The translations under genes were made by a program, and so were the position numbers. Shown here in pieces: positions 42,403 through 53,925 of a stretch of DNA of 64,000 bases. The stretch's first letter is position 1. Every line of letters begins with the position of its first letter. The notes beneath the pieces are model-generated. The model worked only from the letters and a program-made list of their open reading frames with translations. It did no database searches and was not told the origin of the DNA. Source of the DNA: Desulfatiglandales bacterium (GTDB lineage Bacteria; Desulfobacterota; DSM-4660; Desulfatiglandales; HGW-15); NCBI GenBank assembly GCA_963667015.2, contig CAXXJJ010000004.1, forward strand, positions 1,792,001 to 1,856,000, written 5' to 3'.

Positions 42403-44190
42403 ATGAAACGCCAATCTATTTTCTTCATATTAACAATTTTACTGTCATTCATAATAGCATCTCCTCAATTTGCTGCGGCAGCAGAGAAGATCGTTGTAAT
42501 GAATCCACGGGGTATCCAGCCTGAGATACGCAAGATTCCCATGGCAACACGGCCAAAGACCCTTGATAAAAAGACCGTTTATATTGTGGATACCAAATAC
42601 CCCAATACCAAACCCTTTGTTAATGAGCTTTTTGCGGCCTTAAAGGCCAAATACCCTAAAACCAACTGGATTCTTAAGGAAAAGTTCGGCGGATACATGG
42701 ATGACGACCCTGAACTCTGGAAAGAGATCAAGGAAAAGGCCGATGGTGCTATTGTCCTGGTAGGTCATTGAAGCAGCTGCTCACCGGCGGTCGTCGGACA
42801 CGCAGTAACACTTGAAAGAATGGGTGTACCCGCAATACCCATGATTACCCAGCGCTTTGAAGAACTGGTAACCACCACTGCCTTCAAAAAGGGCATACCC
42901 AATCTTAGGATAGTGTATACCCCCCATCCCATTACGGACAGACCTGCAGAGCTTTGCAGGGAATATATCGCAGGAAATGACAACATAGCAGGCAAACCCA
43001 TGCTTGAGCATATATATGCAGGCCTGACCAAACCCCTCTCTGCAGTAGACGCCAAGGCGGGATTTCTTGAGAGGGAACCCAGACCAAGATATTTTCCTGC
43101 TGATACCCCTGAAAACCTGATGGAGTTTTTCCATAACCAGGGTTATACAGACGGAAATCCCATAATCCTTCCGACCGAAGAAAAGGTTAAAGAGATGCTG
43201 AGTGCAACAAGCCATGATCCTGAGGAATGGGTCGGGCAGATGCGTCCCTCTCCTCCCCACGAGGCATGGTATTATAATGTTGAAATGGTTGCTATTAATG
43301 CCGTAATGGCAGGAGCAAAACCCGAGTATTTTCCTGTTATCCTTGCCATTGCCTCAAAGGGTGTAACCTCCATGTTCAGTTCCACATCATCCTTTGCCAG
43401 GATGGTTGTAGTAAACGGCCCCATTGCGGACGAGATCGGCATGAACAAGGGCATAGGCGCCATGGGTCCTGTCAACCGGGCCAACTCTTCAATTGGCAGA
43501 TGCTGGACCCTTATCTCCAGAAACCTTGGCGGATCCGGCAAGCCGGGAGAGACCTATCTTGGCAGCCAGGGAAATCAGCTTAACTACAATAACATCTGCT
43601 TTCCGGAAAACGAGGAAGGACTGCCCGAAGGATGGCTGCCCCTGCATGTACAGAAGGGATTTGATAAATCCGAGAGTGTTGTAAGCATCTTCAGCGGCTG
43701 GAGCATGAATGACATAGCCTGGTATTCTCCCCTTCCCCAGCATGAGGTGATAAGGGGATGGCTTGAACATTTCTTCTCCTTTGGCGTTACCCAGGCCATA
43801 CTTGTTCTTGACCCCATAGTTGCCGATGATGTGGCTTCAAAAGGGTACAATACCAAACAGGTCTTTGCAAAGTACCTTGCCGAAAATACGGGAACACCTG
43901 GCTGGCTCTACTGGTCGGAGAATAGAGAAAATCTCAAAAAGGCAAAAGAGGGAGTGGAACCTTTTGCCGGATGGCTTAAAAGAGGAGAGGATGCAGTTGT
44001 GCCAGTTTCACGCTATAAGCCACGCTATACGGGAAGAAGGGCGAGTGGTTCGGGCCTCCTTGCGAAGACCGATAATAGTGAAAGAATAAATTCCATTAAT
44101 ATTGTAGTCACAGGCGGCGGAACAAATACATTCTGGTCGGGCGGTGATTTCGGTTATGTGGGCAGTACATCCGTGGACTTCTGGAGATAG
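42403..44190 (+). CDS. UGSC-family-like selenoprotein 1 (595 aa by read-through; Sec at codon 123, U-S-S-C), with signal peptide
   Basis: ORFs 42403-42771 and 42820-44190 are in one frame, separated only by TGA 42769-42771. Read-through gives LVGH-U-SSCSPAVVGHAVTLERMGVP. A hairpin follows the TGA. Confidence 0.85.
42777..42805 (+). promoter_or_regulatory. Candidate bacterial SECIS element 1
   Basis: CTGC/GCAG lower stem and CCGGC/GTCGG upper stem, with a GGTC loop starting after a 17-nt spacer from the TGA. Confidence 0.7.
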
Positions 44191-44199
44191 GAGGGTAAA

Positions 44200-44775
44200 A
44201 TGATAAAAAGAATATCCATAATAATTTCCATCTGTATAGTTCTGTGCCTGATACTTTCTCCGGGAAGCGTGCTTGCGCAGTATAATTCATCCAAAAATCC
44301 TGCAGCTGTGGGTACACCGGTAAAATCAATGGTCGAGCTCGGCTCTGTATACTCGAGCATATACGATATTACCATCACGGTTCTGGAAACGGTCAGGGGC
44401 AAGGATGCAATGAATATGCTTAAAAAAGCCGATTCCAAAACCCCTAAACCTCCAAAGGGATTTGAATATATGCTTGCCAGGGTAAGGTTTGAGATGAAGT
44501 CAAGGGCAGTATCCGATAAACTTACCTTTGAGCTGGGTGACTCACCCCTTCAATGGGTTGCACTTGCATCGGACCTGACCGAATATCCCAGGGTCTCGGT
44601 AACTGTTCCCGCACCTGCGCTTAAAGGAACGATAAAACCCGGTGATTCGTTTGAAGGATGGGTGGCATTTGCTCTTGATAAAAAGGACAGCGGGCCGGTC
44701 ATGGCATTTAGTCCTGACTCCGGAGGGGCTACCGGCAGGGGAAAAACCCTGTTCTTTAAACTGTATAAAGATTAA
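44200..44775 (+). CDS. Exported Ig-like (DUF4352-like) protein
   Basis: Signal peptide, ITVLE.VRG..A, P..G.EY.L.RV and G.I.PG...EGWV.F. Confidence 0.65.
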   Translation: MIKRISIIISICIVLCLILSPGSVLAQYNSSKNPAAVGTPVKSMVELGSVYSSIYDITITVLETVRGKDAMNMLKKADSKTPKPPKGFEYMLARVRFEMKSRAVSDKLTFELGDSPLQWVALASDLTEYPRVSVTVPAPALKGTIKPGDSFEGWVAFALDKKDSGPVMAFSPDSGGATGRGKTLFFKLYKD

Positions 44776-44875
44776 TTTATTACAGGGGCATTCCTGCAGG
44801 GTTATGTAGAGCTCTTTCACATCCTGCGCAATGCCCCTTTTAAGTAAACCATTTTGAAAGGAGAATTAATTTACC

Positions 44876-46588
44876 ATGAAAAAATATTTATTGGCGCTTT
44901 CCATCGGGATTCTCGCAGTCTTAGCAGTCCAGGGGACATCATGGGCTCAGGGGGCTGCCGGTTCCAAGGCAAAGACGCCCGACGTAAAATTTGAAGTTTT
45001 AAGTCCCTGGGCGGATGCTGATCCGATCCCCTTCAGGGGAATTTCCCCGAGGCTTGACAGTCTCTCCGGGAAAAAAATCGGATTATTCGTCAATTCCAAG
45101 CGGGCGGCCATGCCCATTTCCAAAGCAGTTGACAGCAAACTGAAGGGAATGTACCCCGATATTCAGACTATCGTGTTCCATTCTACTGAACCGAATGTCA
45201 ACGAAATCGAGACAAAGAACAAGGAAAAATTTACCGAATGGGTTAAGGGGGTCGACGCTGTTATTGCCCTCGTAGGAGACTGAGGATCCTGCACAAAGTA
45301 CCTCGTATACAACGGCATAGCCGTCGAGGACTTTGGCAAGCCGGTCGTGTTACTGGCTAATAATGGTTTTATTCATGATGCTCATTCAGCAGCATCAAGC
45401 AAAGGAATGCCCGGAATCAGAGTTGTAGGTGAATCCGTGGCCTGTGAATCAACTATTGTTGCGGATATAGAAAAGGGAGTAGCCGCAGCAATGAAGGATG
45501 TTATTGATGGTTTAACCAAACCGCTGACACCGGAAGAACAATCTCCCAAACAGCCGACAGGCAAGTCTCCAAGGGTTGCCTTTAAAGGAACTCTTCAGGA
45601 AGTCAACCAGTTCTATTACCGCAAGGGATGGGGTGACGGACTTCCTATTATTCCGCCGACCGAAGAGGCAGTTGCGGAAATGATGAAAGGTACTGACCTG
45701 CCGCCCGACCATATTGTGGCCAAGATAATCCCCAGAAAAGGCAAGGCTACAATCGAAAAGATCGCTGTTAACGCGGTGATGGCAGGGGCTCTGCCAACTC
45801 ACATGCCTGTTTTGATTGCAACCATAGAGGCCTTTGCAGATCCCAAGGCCAGATTTGATACATTTGAGGTGAGTACTGGTTCATGGGCACCCTCACTGAC
45901 AATAAATGGTCCCATAAGAAGAGATATCCATGTCAACTGCAGCTCCGGCTCGCTGAGCCCGGGAAATATTGCCAATTCTGCAATCGGCCGGGCTGTGGGG
46001 CTTATCGTCAAGAACATCGGCGGAGCAAGAAAGGCAGTCGAGGATATGGGTGTCGTAGGCAACCCGGGCAAGTACAGTCTTGTGATAGGTGAGGATGAAG
46101 AGGCAAGCCCCTGGGAGCCGCTCAGTGTTGAGCGCGGTTTCTCAAAGGAAGACAGCACTGTAACAGTGTTCTTCCCAAACACCTTTATTCAATCGGTGCC
46201 CGGAGGTACAGATGCAAAGGGGATTATGGACAGCCTTGTAACCATGGGAACCACAAGTATGTCCAGCGTCATTCTTATTCCTTCCTGGGCAAATGTTATT
46301 GCAGGAGAAGGATACTCAAAACAGGACGTCAAGGATTATATTGCGGAGCACAGTAAACCCGCTGTAATCGCCGGTTTTGAAGAAATCACAAATTCCCCTA
46401 AAATGGATACCGAGAATCTCATGATCCTTGTAGCAGGCGGGCCGGGCTCCTTTATAGGGCTGCTCCGGAGTGTGGGTCCAGGATTTTTCAATAATGCACT
46501 TGTAACCAAAAAGATCGTACTGCCCAAAAACTGGGATAAACTGGTTGCAAAATACAGTAACCTTAAACCGATTTATGAGAGGTACTAG
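44876..46588 (+). CDS. UGSC-family selenoprotein 2 (570 aa by read-through; Sec at codon 136, U-G-S-C), with signal peptide
   Basis: ORFs 44876-45283 and 45347-46588 are in one frame, separated only by TGA 45281-45283. Read-through gives LVGD-U-GSCTKYLVYNGIAVEDFGKPVV. Paralogous to 42403-44190. Confidence 0.9.
45290..45338 (+). promoter_or_regulatory. Candidate bacterial SECIS element 2
   Basis: Nested stems TGC/GCA, CAAAGT/ACTTTG, CCTCG/CGAGG and ACGGC/GCCGT. The loop starts after a 33-nt spacer from the TGA. Confidence 0.65.
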
Positions 46589-46592
46589 GAAT

Positions 46593-46636
46593 AAAACCCA
46601 TGAATTTCTGAAAGATTTATGAAATTCATGGGTTTT
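46593..46636 (+). terminator. Perfect 16-bp inverted repeat right after selenoprotein 2
   Basis: AAAACCCATGAATTTC-N12-GAAATTCATGGGTTTT. Confidence 0.55.
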
Positions 46637-46748
46637 CCGCTGTGAAAAAGAAGGACGATTTTTTATAATCCAATTAATATCGGGGTCGTGAAGGATCGTC
46701 CTTCTTCATATCACAAGAGGTAAACAGCAACATAAGAGGAGAGATTCA

Positions 46749-47393
46749 ATGAGTTCTGACAAGGGGAAAAAGGATCAGACCCGCAGGGCGTTTTTCAGCG
46801 ATTTGACAGCCTCAACGGCTCTGGCAGCAGTTGCTCTGGCACAACTGGGTTCACCTGCGGCTGCAATTGCACAGGACAAGCCCTCGGATAATTTTAGAGA
46901 ACCTCCCAATCTGCCGCCCTGGCCCGAGGGAACCACAGGCAGCAAATACGATCATTTATTCTGCACCAGACTGAAAGAGAAACCCCTTACCGACACAATA
47001 ATGAGTCCGACGATCAGTTTCCGCGGCAACAGTGACCTTCCCGGTGCAGGGATTAATTTTGGGTTCCGTTATTATGTCAAACCATTCAAGATGGAACTGC
47101 AGTCACACCACCACGATGTAGATGAATATCTGTTTTTCCTGGGCGGTCAGTTACCGGACCTGACAGCCAATTTTGATGCGGAAATTGAAATTTTTTTAGG
47201 TCCGGAGTATGAAAAACACATTATTACAAAGCCCTGCATCCTCTATATCCCAAAAGGTATGGAGCACAATCCCATGGATATAACAAGGGTGGGCAAACCG
47301 TTACTTTTCATTCCATTGCTTCTGGCACCCTATTTCAACGGCGTCTACCAGACAGGTTACATGCAGTTTATGGGTAATAAAAAGATAGATTAG
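46749..47393 (+). CDS. Tat-exported cupin-like protein
   Basis: TRRAFF twin-arginine signal ending AIA-Q. Cupin metal motifs H.H..DE and YIP.G..H.P. Confidence 0.7.
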   Translation: MSSDKGKKDQTRRAFFSDLTASTALAAVALAQLGSPAAAIAQDKPSDNFREPPNLPPWPEGTTGSKYDHLFCTRLKEKPLTDTIMSPTISFRGNSDLPGAGINFGFRYYVKPFKMELQSHHHDVDEYLFFLGGQLPDLTANFDAEIEIFLGPEYEKHIITKPCILYIPKGMEHNPMDITRVGKPLLFIPLLLAPYFNGVYQTGYMQFMGNKKID

Positions 47394-47498
47394 AGATTCG
47401 GTAGCGGCTTACTGCATAAATAATAGATCAGGAACTAAATACTCTGCCCCGGGCGGAGGTAATTATAATAAATCAAGATTTAAGGAGAGGTTGTAAAA

Positions 47499-49901
47499 AT
47501 GGAAGATTTAACAGCCAGGATTGTCAGAGGAAATTTCCCCCTGTGCTTTGAAAAAGCGCGTCTGATTACAGAATCGCACAAACAGACGGAAGGCGAACCT
47601 GCCATCATCCGGTATGCAAAGGCCCATGCAAATGTACTAGAAAATATTCCTGTAATTATTGATAAGGATGAACTCTTTGTCGGTGAAGGGGCAAGCAAAC
47701 CATGGGGGGCCGAAATTGACCCGTTCCTGGGCATATGGAAAGAAGACGCGATCAGGGGCGCGGTAGAAGACGGGATTGTCTCCGTGGATGAGTCTGACTG
47801 GCCGTTAATGAGAGAGATCGGCCAGTACTGGGCTACAAGGTGTTCCGAGTTCGCTCAGTCGAAGCTGTTCGATGAAAGATTCTTTGACTATCTGCAGGTC
47901 GGAATTACACTGCCGCCCATGAAAAACAGGGATGAATTCAGGGGTGCCTACGCAGGCAGCGGCCTCTGCCTCTCCTTTAATTTTACGGACTGCTATACAG
48001 ACTTTGCACGATGGATGAAGGGGCTCAATCCGATAATAGAGGAAATCGAGGAAGAGCTCAGGAATCTTAAGTTTTTATCCCTGGAAGCGGTTAACAAGAA
48101 ACAGTTCCTGACCGCTTCATTGATTGTGCTCAAGGCGACAGTCAGGTTTGCGGAAAGATACGCGGAAGAAGCAGAAAGACTGGCAGCCATGGAAACAGAT
48201 GGCAGGCAAAGGAAAAATCTTGAACTTATAGCAGAGGCCTGCCGCAGGGTTCCGGCCAATCCTCCGGAAAATTTTTATCAGGCCATGCAGTCCCTGTGGT
48301 TTAACCAGATTCTCTCAACACCCAGCTCCACGCATAATTTCGGAAGGTTTGATCAGTATATGTACCCCTTCTATAAAAAAGACCGTGATGAAGGAAAAAT
48401 CACCGATGAAGAGGTCCTGTCTCTCCTGTGCGAACTGCGTGTCAAGAGCATGAGGCCTGAAAACATAAAACTCTCGGCAGCCAAACGCTCACAACACTCA
48501 GGATTTGCAAAATGGCGAAACATGACCATCGGAGGAGTTACAGAAGATGGAAAAGACGCAAGCAATGAACTGACCATGCTGGTACTTGAGGCAGCAAACA
48601 GGGTAAGAACACCTCACCACACCATTACCCTCAGGGTACATGGGGGAACACCGGATGAGTTAATGCTCAAGGCCCTGGAAGTGGTAAAGACCGGCATCGG
48701 CATGCCGGCCCTGGCCCTGGACGATTCTTTTATAGATTACATGACCTCAGGCGGTATCCCCCTGGAAGAGGCCCGGGATTACCAGCTGGCCGGCTGTGTG
48801 GACCCGGCTATACCCGGAAAACAGAGTTTTCTGGCAGGCCTGTTTTTTGTTGTCCCCAAGGTGTTCGAGATTTTTCTGAACAACGGGACAGATCCAAGAA
48901 CAGGGATCAATGTGGGGCCTGATAAACCTGATGTTGAAACATATAGAACCTTCGAAGAATTTTATGCCGGGTTCAGGGATTATCTGAAATATTTTATCGG
49001 CATATGGCATGAACACAGTTTTCTTGTCTCCGGAAGATCAGGGGATGTATACAGCTATAATGATATTGTGGAAGTACTTGATACAGTGCTCATGCATGAC
49101 GGCATCAGGATGGGCAAGGCATTATCCAACAGAGACCCTGTGCCGCCCTATGATTTCAGGGCAGTAATGGTGCCGGTTGGAGCCATCAATACAGCGGACT
49201 CACTGGCAGCAATCAAGCAACTGGTGTTTGATAAAAAGCAGATTACCATGAAAGAACTTAAAGAGGCACTTAACTCCAACTGGGAAGGCCATGAAGATAT
49301 CCTTAGATTGTGCCTTAAATCGCCTAAATACGGAAATGACAACGACTATGTAGACTCAATAGCAGCAGACCTCTATAATTTTCTGCTGGATGAGGAATCT
49401 AATTACAATACCTTCGGCCGGCCTGTAAATGCAAAGGTGCGTGGTCTCGGCGGGGCATCCATTTCATCCATGTTTGCCGGCGGGTCGATTATCGGGGCAA
49501 CGCCTGACGGCAGGCATGCCGGAACAACCCTGTCTGACGGGACAGTCTCACCGGCCCAGGGCATGGATACAAAAGGGCCTACAGCAATGTTGAGAAGCGC
49601 CGTAAAAATAAACCAGGCAGCCTGCTCCTCATCACTGCTTAACGTAAAACTGCATCCTTCATTTATAACAACCGATGAGGCCCTTAAAAAACTCGGTATT
49701 CTCATAAAAACCTATGGTGATATGGGAGGTAAATGGATTCAGTTAAATGTCGTGGGAAACGAAGAACTTCTGGACGCGCAGCAACACCCGGAGAATCACA
49801 GGGATCTGATTGTCAGGGTTGCGGGCTACAGCGCCTATTTCACGGATCTTGGCAGAGGTGTACAGGATGATATCATCCGGCGTATGGAGGTTGCCATTTG
49901 A
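47499..49901 (+). CDS. Glycyl radical enzyme (PFL-like family), uncharacterised class
   Basis: LIVRVAGYSAYF glycyl loop, Cys loop AGCVDP, GRFDQYMYP, PKYGND and GATPDGR. Confidence 0.95.
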   Translation: MEDLTARIVRGNFPLCFEKARLITESHKQTEGEPAIIRYAKAHANVLENIPVIIDKDELFVGEGASKPWGAEIDPFLGIWKEDAIRGAVEDGIVSVDESDWPLMREIGQYWATRCSEFAQSKLFDERFFDYLQVGITLPPMKNRDEFRGAYAGSGLCLSFNFTDCYTDFARWMKGLNPIIEEIEEELRNLKFLSLEAVNKKQFLTASLIVLKATVRFAERYAEEAERLAAMETDGRQRKNLELIAEACRRVPANPPENFYQAMQSLWFNQILSTPSSTHNFGRFDQYMYPFYKKDRDEGKITDEEVLSLLCELRVKSMRPENIKLSAAKRSQHSGFAKWRNMTIGGVTEDGKDASNELTMLVLEAANRVRTPHHTITLRVHGGTPDELMLKALEVVKTGIGMPALALDDSFIDYMTSGGIPLEEARDYQLAGCVDPAIPGKQSFLAGLFFVVPKVFEIFLNNGTDPRTGINVGPDKPDVETYRTFEEFYAGFRDYLKYFIGIWHEHSFLVSGRSGDVYSYNDIVEVLDTVLMHDGIRMGKALSNRDPVPPYDFRAVMVPVGAINTADSLAAIKQLVFDKKQITMKELKEALNSNWEGHEDILRLCLKSPKYGNDNDYVDSIAADLYNFLLDEESNYNTFGRPVNAKVRGLGGASISSMFAGGSIIGATPDGRHAGTTLSDGTVSPAQGMDTKGPTAMLRSAVKINQAACSSSLLNVKLHPSFITTDEALKKLGILIKTYGDMGGKWIQLNVVGNEELLDAQQHPENHRDLIVRVAGYSAYFTDLGRGVQDDIIRRMEVAI

Positions 49902-49957
49902 CAGGTTAAGCAGGTTTACCTGATTACACATAAACTAACTTTAATGTGAAAGGATAG

Positions 49958-51172
<1,215 letters not shown>

Positions 51173-51203
51173 TCTATAAAATAAATACAATACCTGTGTG
51201 AAG

Positions 51204-51257
51204 ATGGGACGATCTTTAATAGCTCATTCTCAAAGAAATTATTAAAGACAGTCCCAT
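51204..51257. repeat. Small palindromic intergenic element, copy A
   Basis: ATGGGAC-GA-TCTTTAATA...TATTAAAGA-CA-GTCCCAT. Related to 59502-59556. Confidence 0.55.
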
Positions 51258-51311
51258 TTTATTGTAATCCTGTAAATCCTGTCTAAATTAAGTTAGTTGT
51301 CATGAATTGAT

Positions 51312-51944
51312 TTAAGAATATTCCATTATTATGTCTGCGGCTATGTGGGTAGCCATTTTCATTACATCCAGGCATTTTGTCCTGTTTTCTGGCTTTGATA
51401 ATATTTTCATATCTTCCGGATTTTTGCGGTCAATATATTTGCCGTATTGATGCTTCATGACTTCTTTACATCTTGTTGAGTCAAATTCCTTTGTGAACCT
51501 GTCAAAAAACAAGCTTCCATACTTCATGCCAGATCCGGGTTTATCAGGTTTTTTATTTTTTACATCAAAATTAAACCCTATTGCAAGCAGGGCACCTGTA
51601 ACAGCGCCGCAGGTTTCGCCTTTCCCTGTAATGCCTCCGGCAAACAACTGTATGGCATTTACAGTCTGGTCTGCATTTAATCCAAACAGATCATTCAATG
51701 CCGAAAGTGTAGGCTGAGAGCAGCTATGAAGAACCGGATATGATTTTTCCACCTTATCATCCAGTTCCTTATATATTTCTTCTTTTGATTTCCCATCAGA
51801 TGCGGCCAGTGTTTCGGTCAATATTCCCGGAACTGAAAGCAGTGAAAACCCGGCAGTAGTGTAAAGAATACTTTTAGTTAAGAATGATCTGCGGTCCATC
51901 TTCTCTTCATCAATAGGAAAAACAGCATTATTGGTTGAGTTCAT
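51312..51944 (-). CDS. C-GCAxxG-C-C family putative redox protein with a Tat signal
   Basis: DRRSFL twin-arginine signal, then SCSQ, GETCGAVTG, RCKE and KC. Confidence 0.85.
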   Translation of the reverse strand: MNSTNNAVFPIDEEKMDRRSFLTKSILYTTAGFSLLSVPGILTETLAASDGKSKEEIYKELDDKVEKSYPVLHSCSQPTLSALNDLFGLNADQTVNAIQLFAGGITGKGETCGAVTGALLAIGFNFDVKNKKPDKPGSGMKYGSLFFDRFTKEFDSTRCKEVMKHQYGKYIDRKNPEDMKILSKPENRTKCLDVMKMATHIAADIIMEYS

Positions 51945-52120
51945 TTTTCTCTCCTTTTTAAGGTCTCATTAATTAATAATTGTAAAATGTCTGTCTAATA
52001 AGCCGGTATGTGAAGTTTATAAAGAAAATATTTGTTTTATACCAATCTTTTTAAGATTTTCCATCTTTTTATGTCCTGATTGAAATATCTCCTGTCAGGT
52101 AAATCCGGTCGAAATATTTT

Positions 52121-52285
52121 GTGCTTATTACATGCATTTCTTTCTTTTCATGCAATGAAGGAACTGCTGTTGGTTCCGATCTCAGCGGTTATGCGGTGGA
52201 TGATCCTGTTGCAGGCGCCAGAGTTGTTGTATATGATTATTACAACAATGTTCTTGGTACCGGACTTACAGATGTGCAGATAAAA
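52121..52285 (+). pseudogene. Truncated lipoprotein gene fragment abutting the IS110 remnant
   Basis: FFSC lipobox-like, then SGYAVDDPVAGARV.VYD....LGTGLTD, then runs into the antisense strand of the transposase. Confidence 0.45.
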
Positions 52286-52690
52286 GGGGCAAGCCAAAAT
52301 GAATCCCATTTGTCATCTGTATGTTTTAGCCCATCATATTGTTGTATCGCGGTTGGGTTAGCCAGATGAATTTTATAACCCTCTTCCTGAAGAGCATCCA
52401 AAAGCCAGTACCAATTGTAGGTCGATTCAACTACTACTCCTTCCAAATCCTTTTTGAATGGTTCAAGCGCATTTAAGACATGATCTATTTGGTTGGGCAG
52501 CCTCTTCTGATACAACCGTTCATCCTTTTCGTTGATAATTCCTATATAGTTATTACTTGAATGCAAATCGATTCCTGCGTATACTTTCATTCTGGCACCT
52601 CCTAGATCCTTTATATTTATTGTTGAGCTTATGCGCCTGGTCCATAGTACCCTATATGTACTATGGATGGGGAGGTGCCTGCTTTATCAT
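52285..52690 (-). mobile_element. IS110-family element remnant: N-terminal DEDD transposase fragment plus structured non-coding 5' end
   Basis: GIDLH, VVVEST.NWYWL, LANP and HTDDKWDS..LA, truncated after ~100 aa. Hairpins at 52594-52679. Confidence 0.85.
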
Positions 52691-52917
52691 GTTTAATTAA
52701 TCAGTTGTATTATTATGGAACCCTTTATATAATTATCAAACCTGCCTTTGACTAATGAGGCAATAAGAAAGAGGGGTATGGGGCTTGATAAGAGTTTAAA
52801 TAAAAAGATTGGATTGTTGATCGATAAAATCGCCAAAGATCAAAGGCAATTTTGATCCCTTTTCACGTCCCGTGTTATCATGGTTTGATTACATCTCTAT
52901 TTAGAGGAGAAAATCAC

Positions 52918-53847
52918 ATGAAAAAATATTTCATCAACTCCCTTGTTTTTATCTCCATCTCATTGTTCTGCTGTTTTACGATTTGTATTAGTGCCTCCGC
53001 ATCAGGCAGCAAAATGAATTCGGCGGATCTGATTGAGGTCATGGATCAGTATCTTGACCGGCTTGTAAAGAATGATCCATCCGGTCTTCCGGTTGCAAAA
53101 GATATAAAGATCACGGAAAACGGCTACCCGATTCAGCTGGGTAACGGCCTTTTTCAGACTGCGGAACAGATAACCTATAGACAGTACATGGCGGATCCGT
53201 CGGTTAACCAGGTTATGGTGTTTGGCGTGGTAAAGGAGTCCGTGCTCCTTGCCAACTTCATGGTTCGTCTAAAGGTTTTAAAAGGTAAAATCACTGAAAT
53301 TGAAACCATTGTGGCCAGAAAAGACGAGGCATCATTTGCCAGTCCGGAAGACCTGAAAGAACCCAGGCCAGTATATGCCAGGGTCGTGCCCGAATCAGAA
53401 AGATCTTCACGTGATAAGCTGATAAAAATCGCGAACAGTTATTTTGAAGGCATTGAAAAAAACACAGGAGAGATGGTACCCTTTCACAGGGACTGTAACC
53501 GCTTTGAAAACGGCACCCGGACTACCAATAACCCGGACACTATCGCGACCGGATGCAGGGAGCAGTTTGACGACAAGGTATACTCCTACATTACCAAAAT
53601 AAGAAACCGTCGTTTTTTACTGGCTGACGAGGAAAAGGGACTGGTATTTGGAATAGTGACATTTGATATGCCGGGAAAAAGAGAAAACTTTAAATATTTT
53701 CCAACTCCTTTTGATGAACTGCCGACCCGGTTTTATAAACCCCGGTCCCTGTTATTGGCCGAGATGTTTAAAATTGTCGACGGAAAAATACTCTCTATTG
53801 AGGCAGTAATGGTTAATGTACCCTTCGGGGCCACTTCGGGCTGGTAA
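52918..53847 (+). CDS. Exported hypothetical protein (paralog of the next gene)
   Basis: RBS GAGGAG, signal peptide, TENG...G.GL, YF.G, C.R.ENG..T and EMFKI..G.I..IEA...GW. Confidence 0.75.
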   Translation: MKKYFINSLVFISISLFCCFTICISASASGSKMNSADLIEVMDQYLDRLVKNDPSGLPVAKDIKITENGYPIQLGNGLFQTAEQITYRQYMADPSVNQVMVFGVVKESVLLANFMVRLKVLKGKITEIETIVARKDEASFASPEDLKEPRPVYARVVPESERSSRDKLIKIANSYFEGIEKNTGEMVPFHRDCNRFENGTRTTNNPDTIATGCREQFDDKVYSYITKIRNRRFLLADEEKGLVFGIVTFDMPGKRENFKYFPTPFDELPTRFYKPRSLLLAEMFKIVDGKILSIEAVMVNVPFGATSGW

Positions 53848-53925
53848 ATAATAAGGGTGGTAAATATTCGCTCATCTCAGCATATCCTGTTAGAAACAGT
53901 TATTATTAAAAATAAGGGAGAAATT

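Noticed and set aside
42820..44190. Independent gene starting at ATG 42820 (and likewise at GTG 45347)
   Set aside because: No strong RBS. The intervening codons are in frame and encode the conserved xxC motif, so Sec read-through explains it better.
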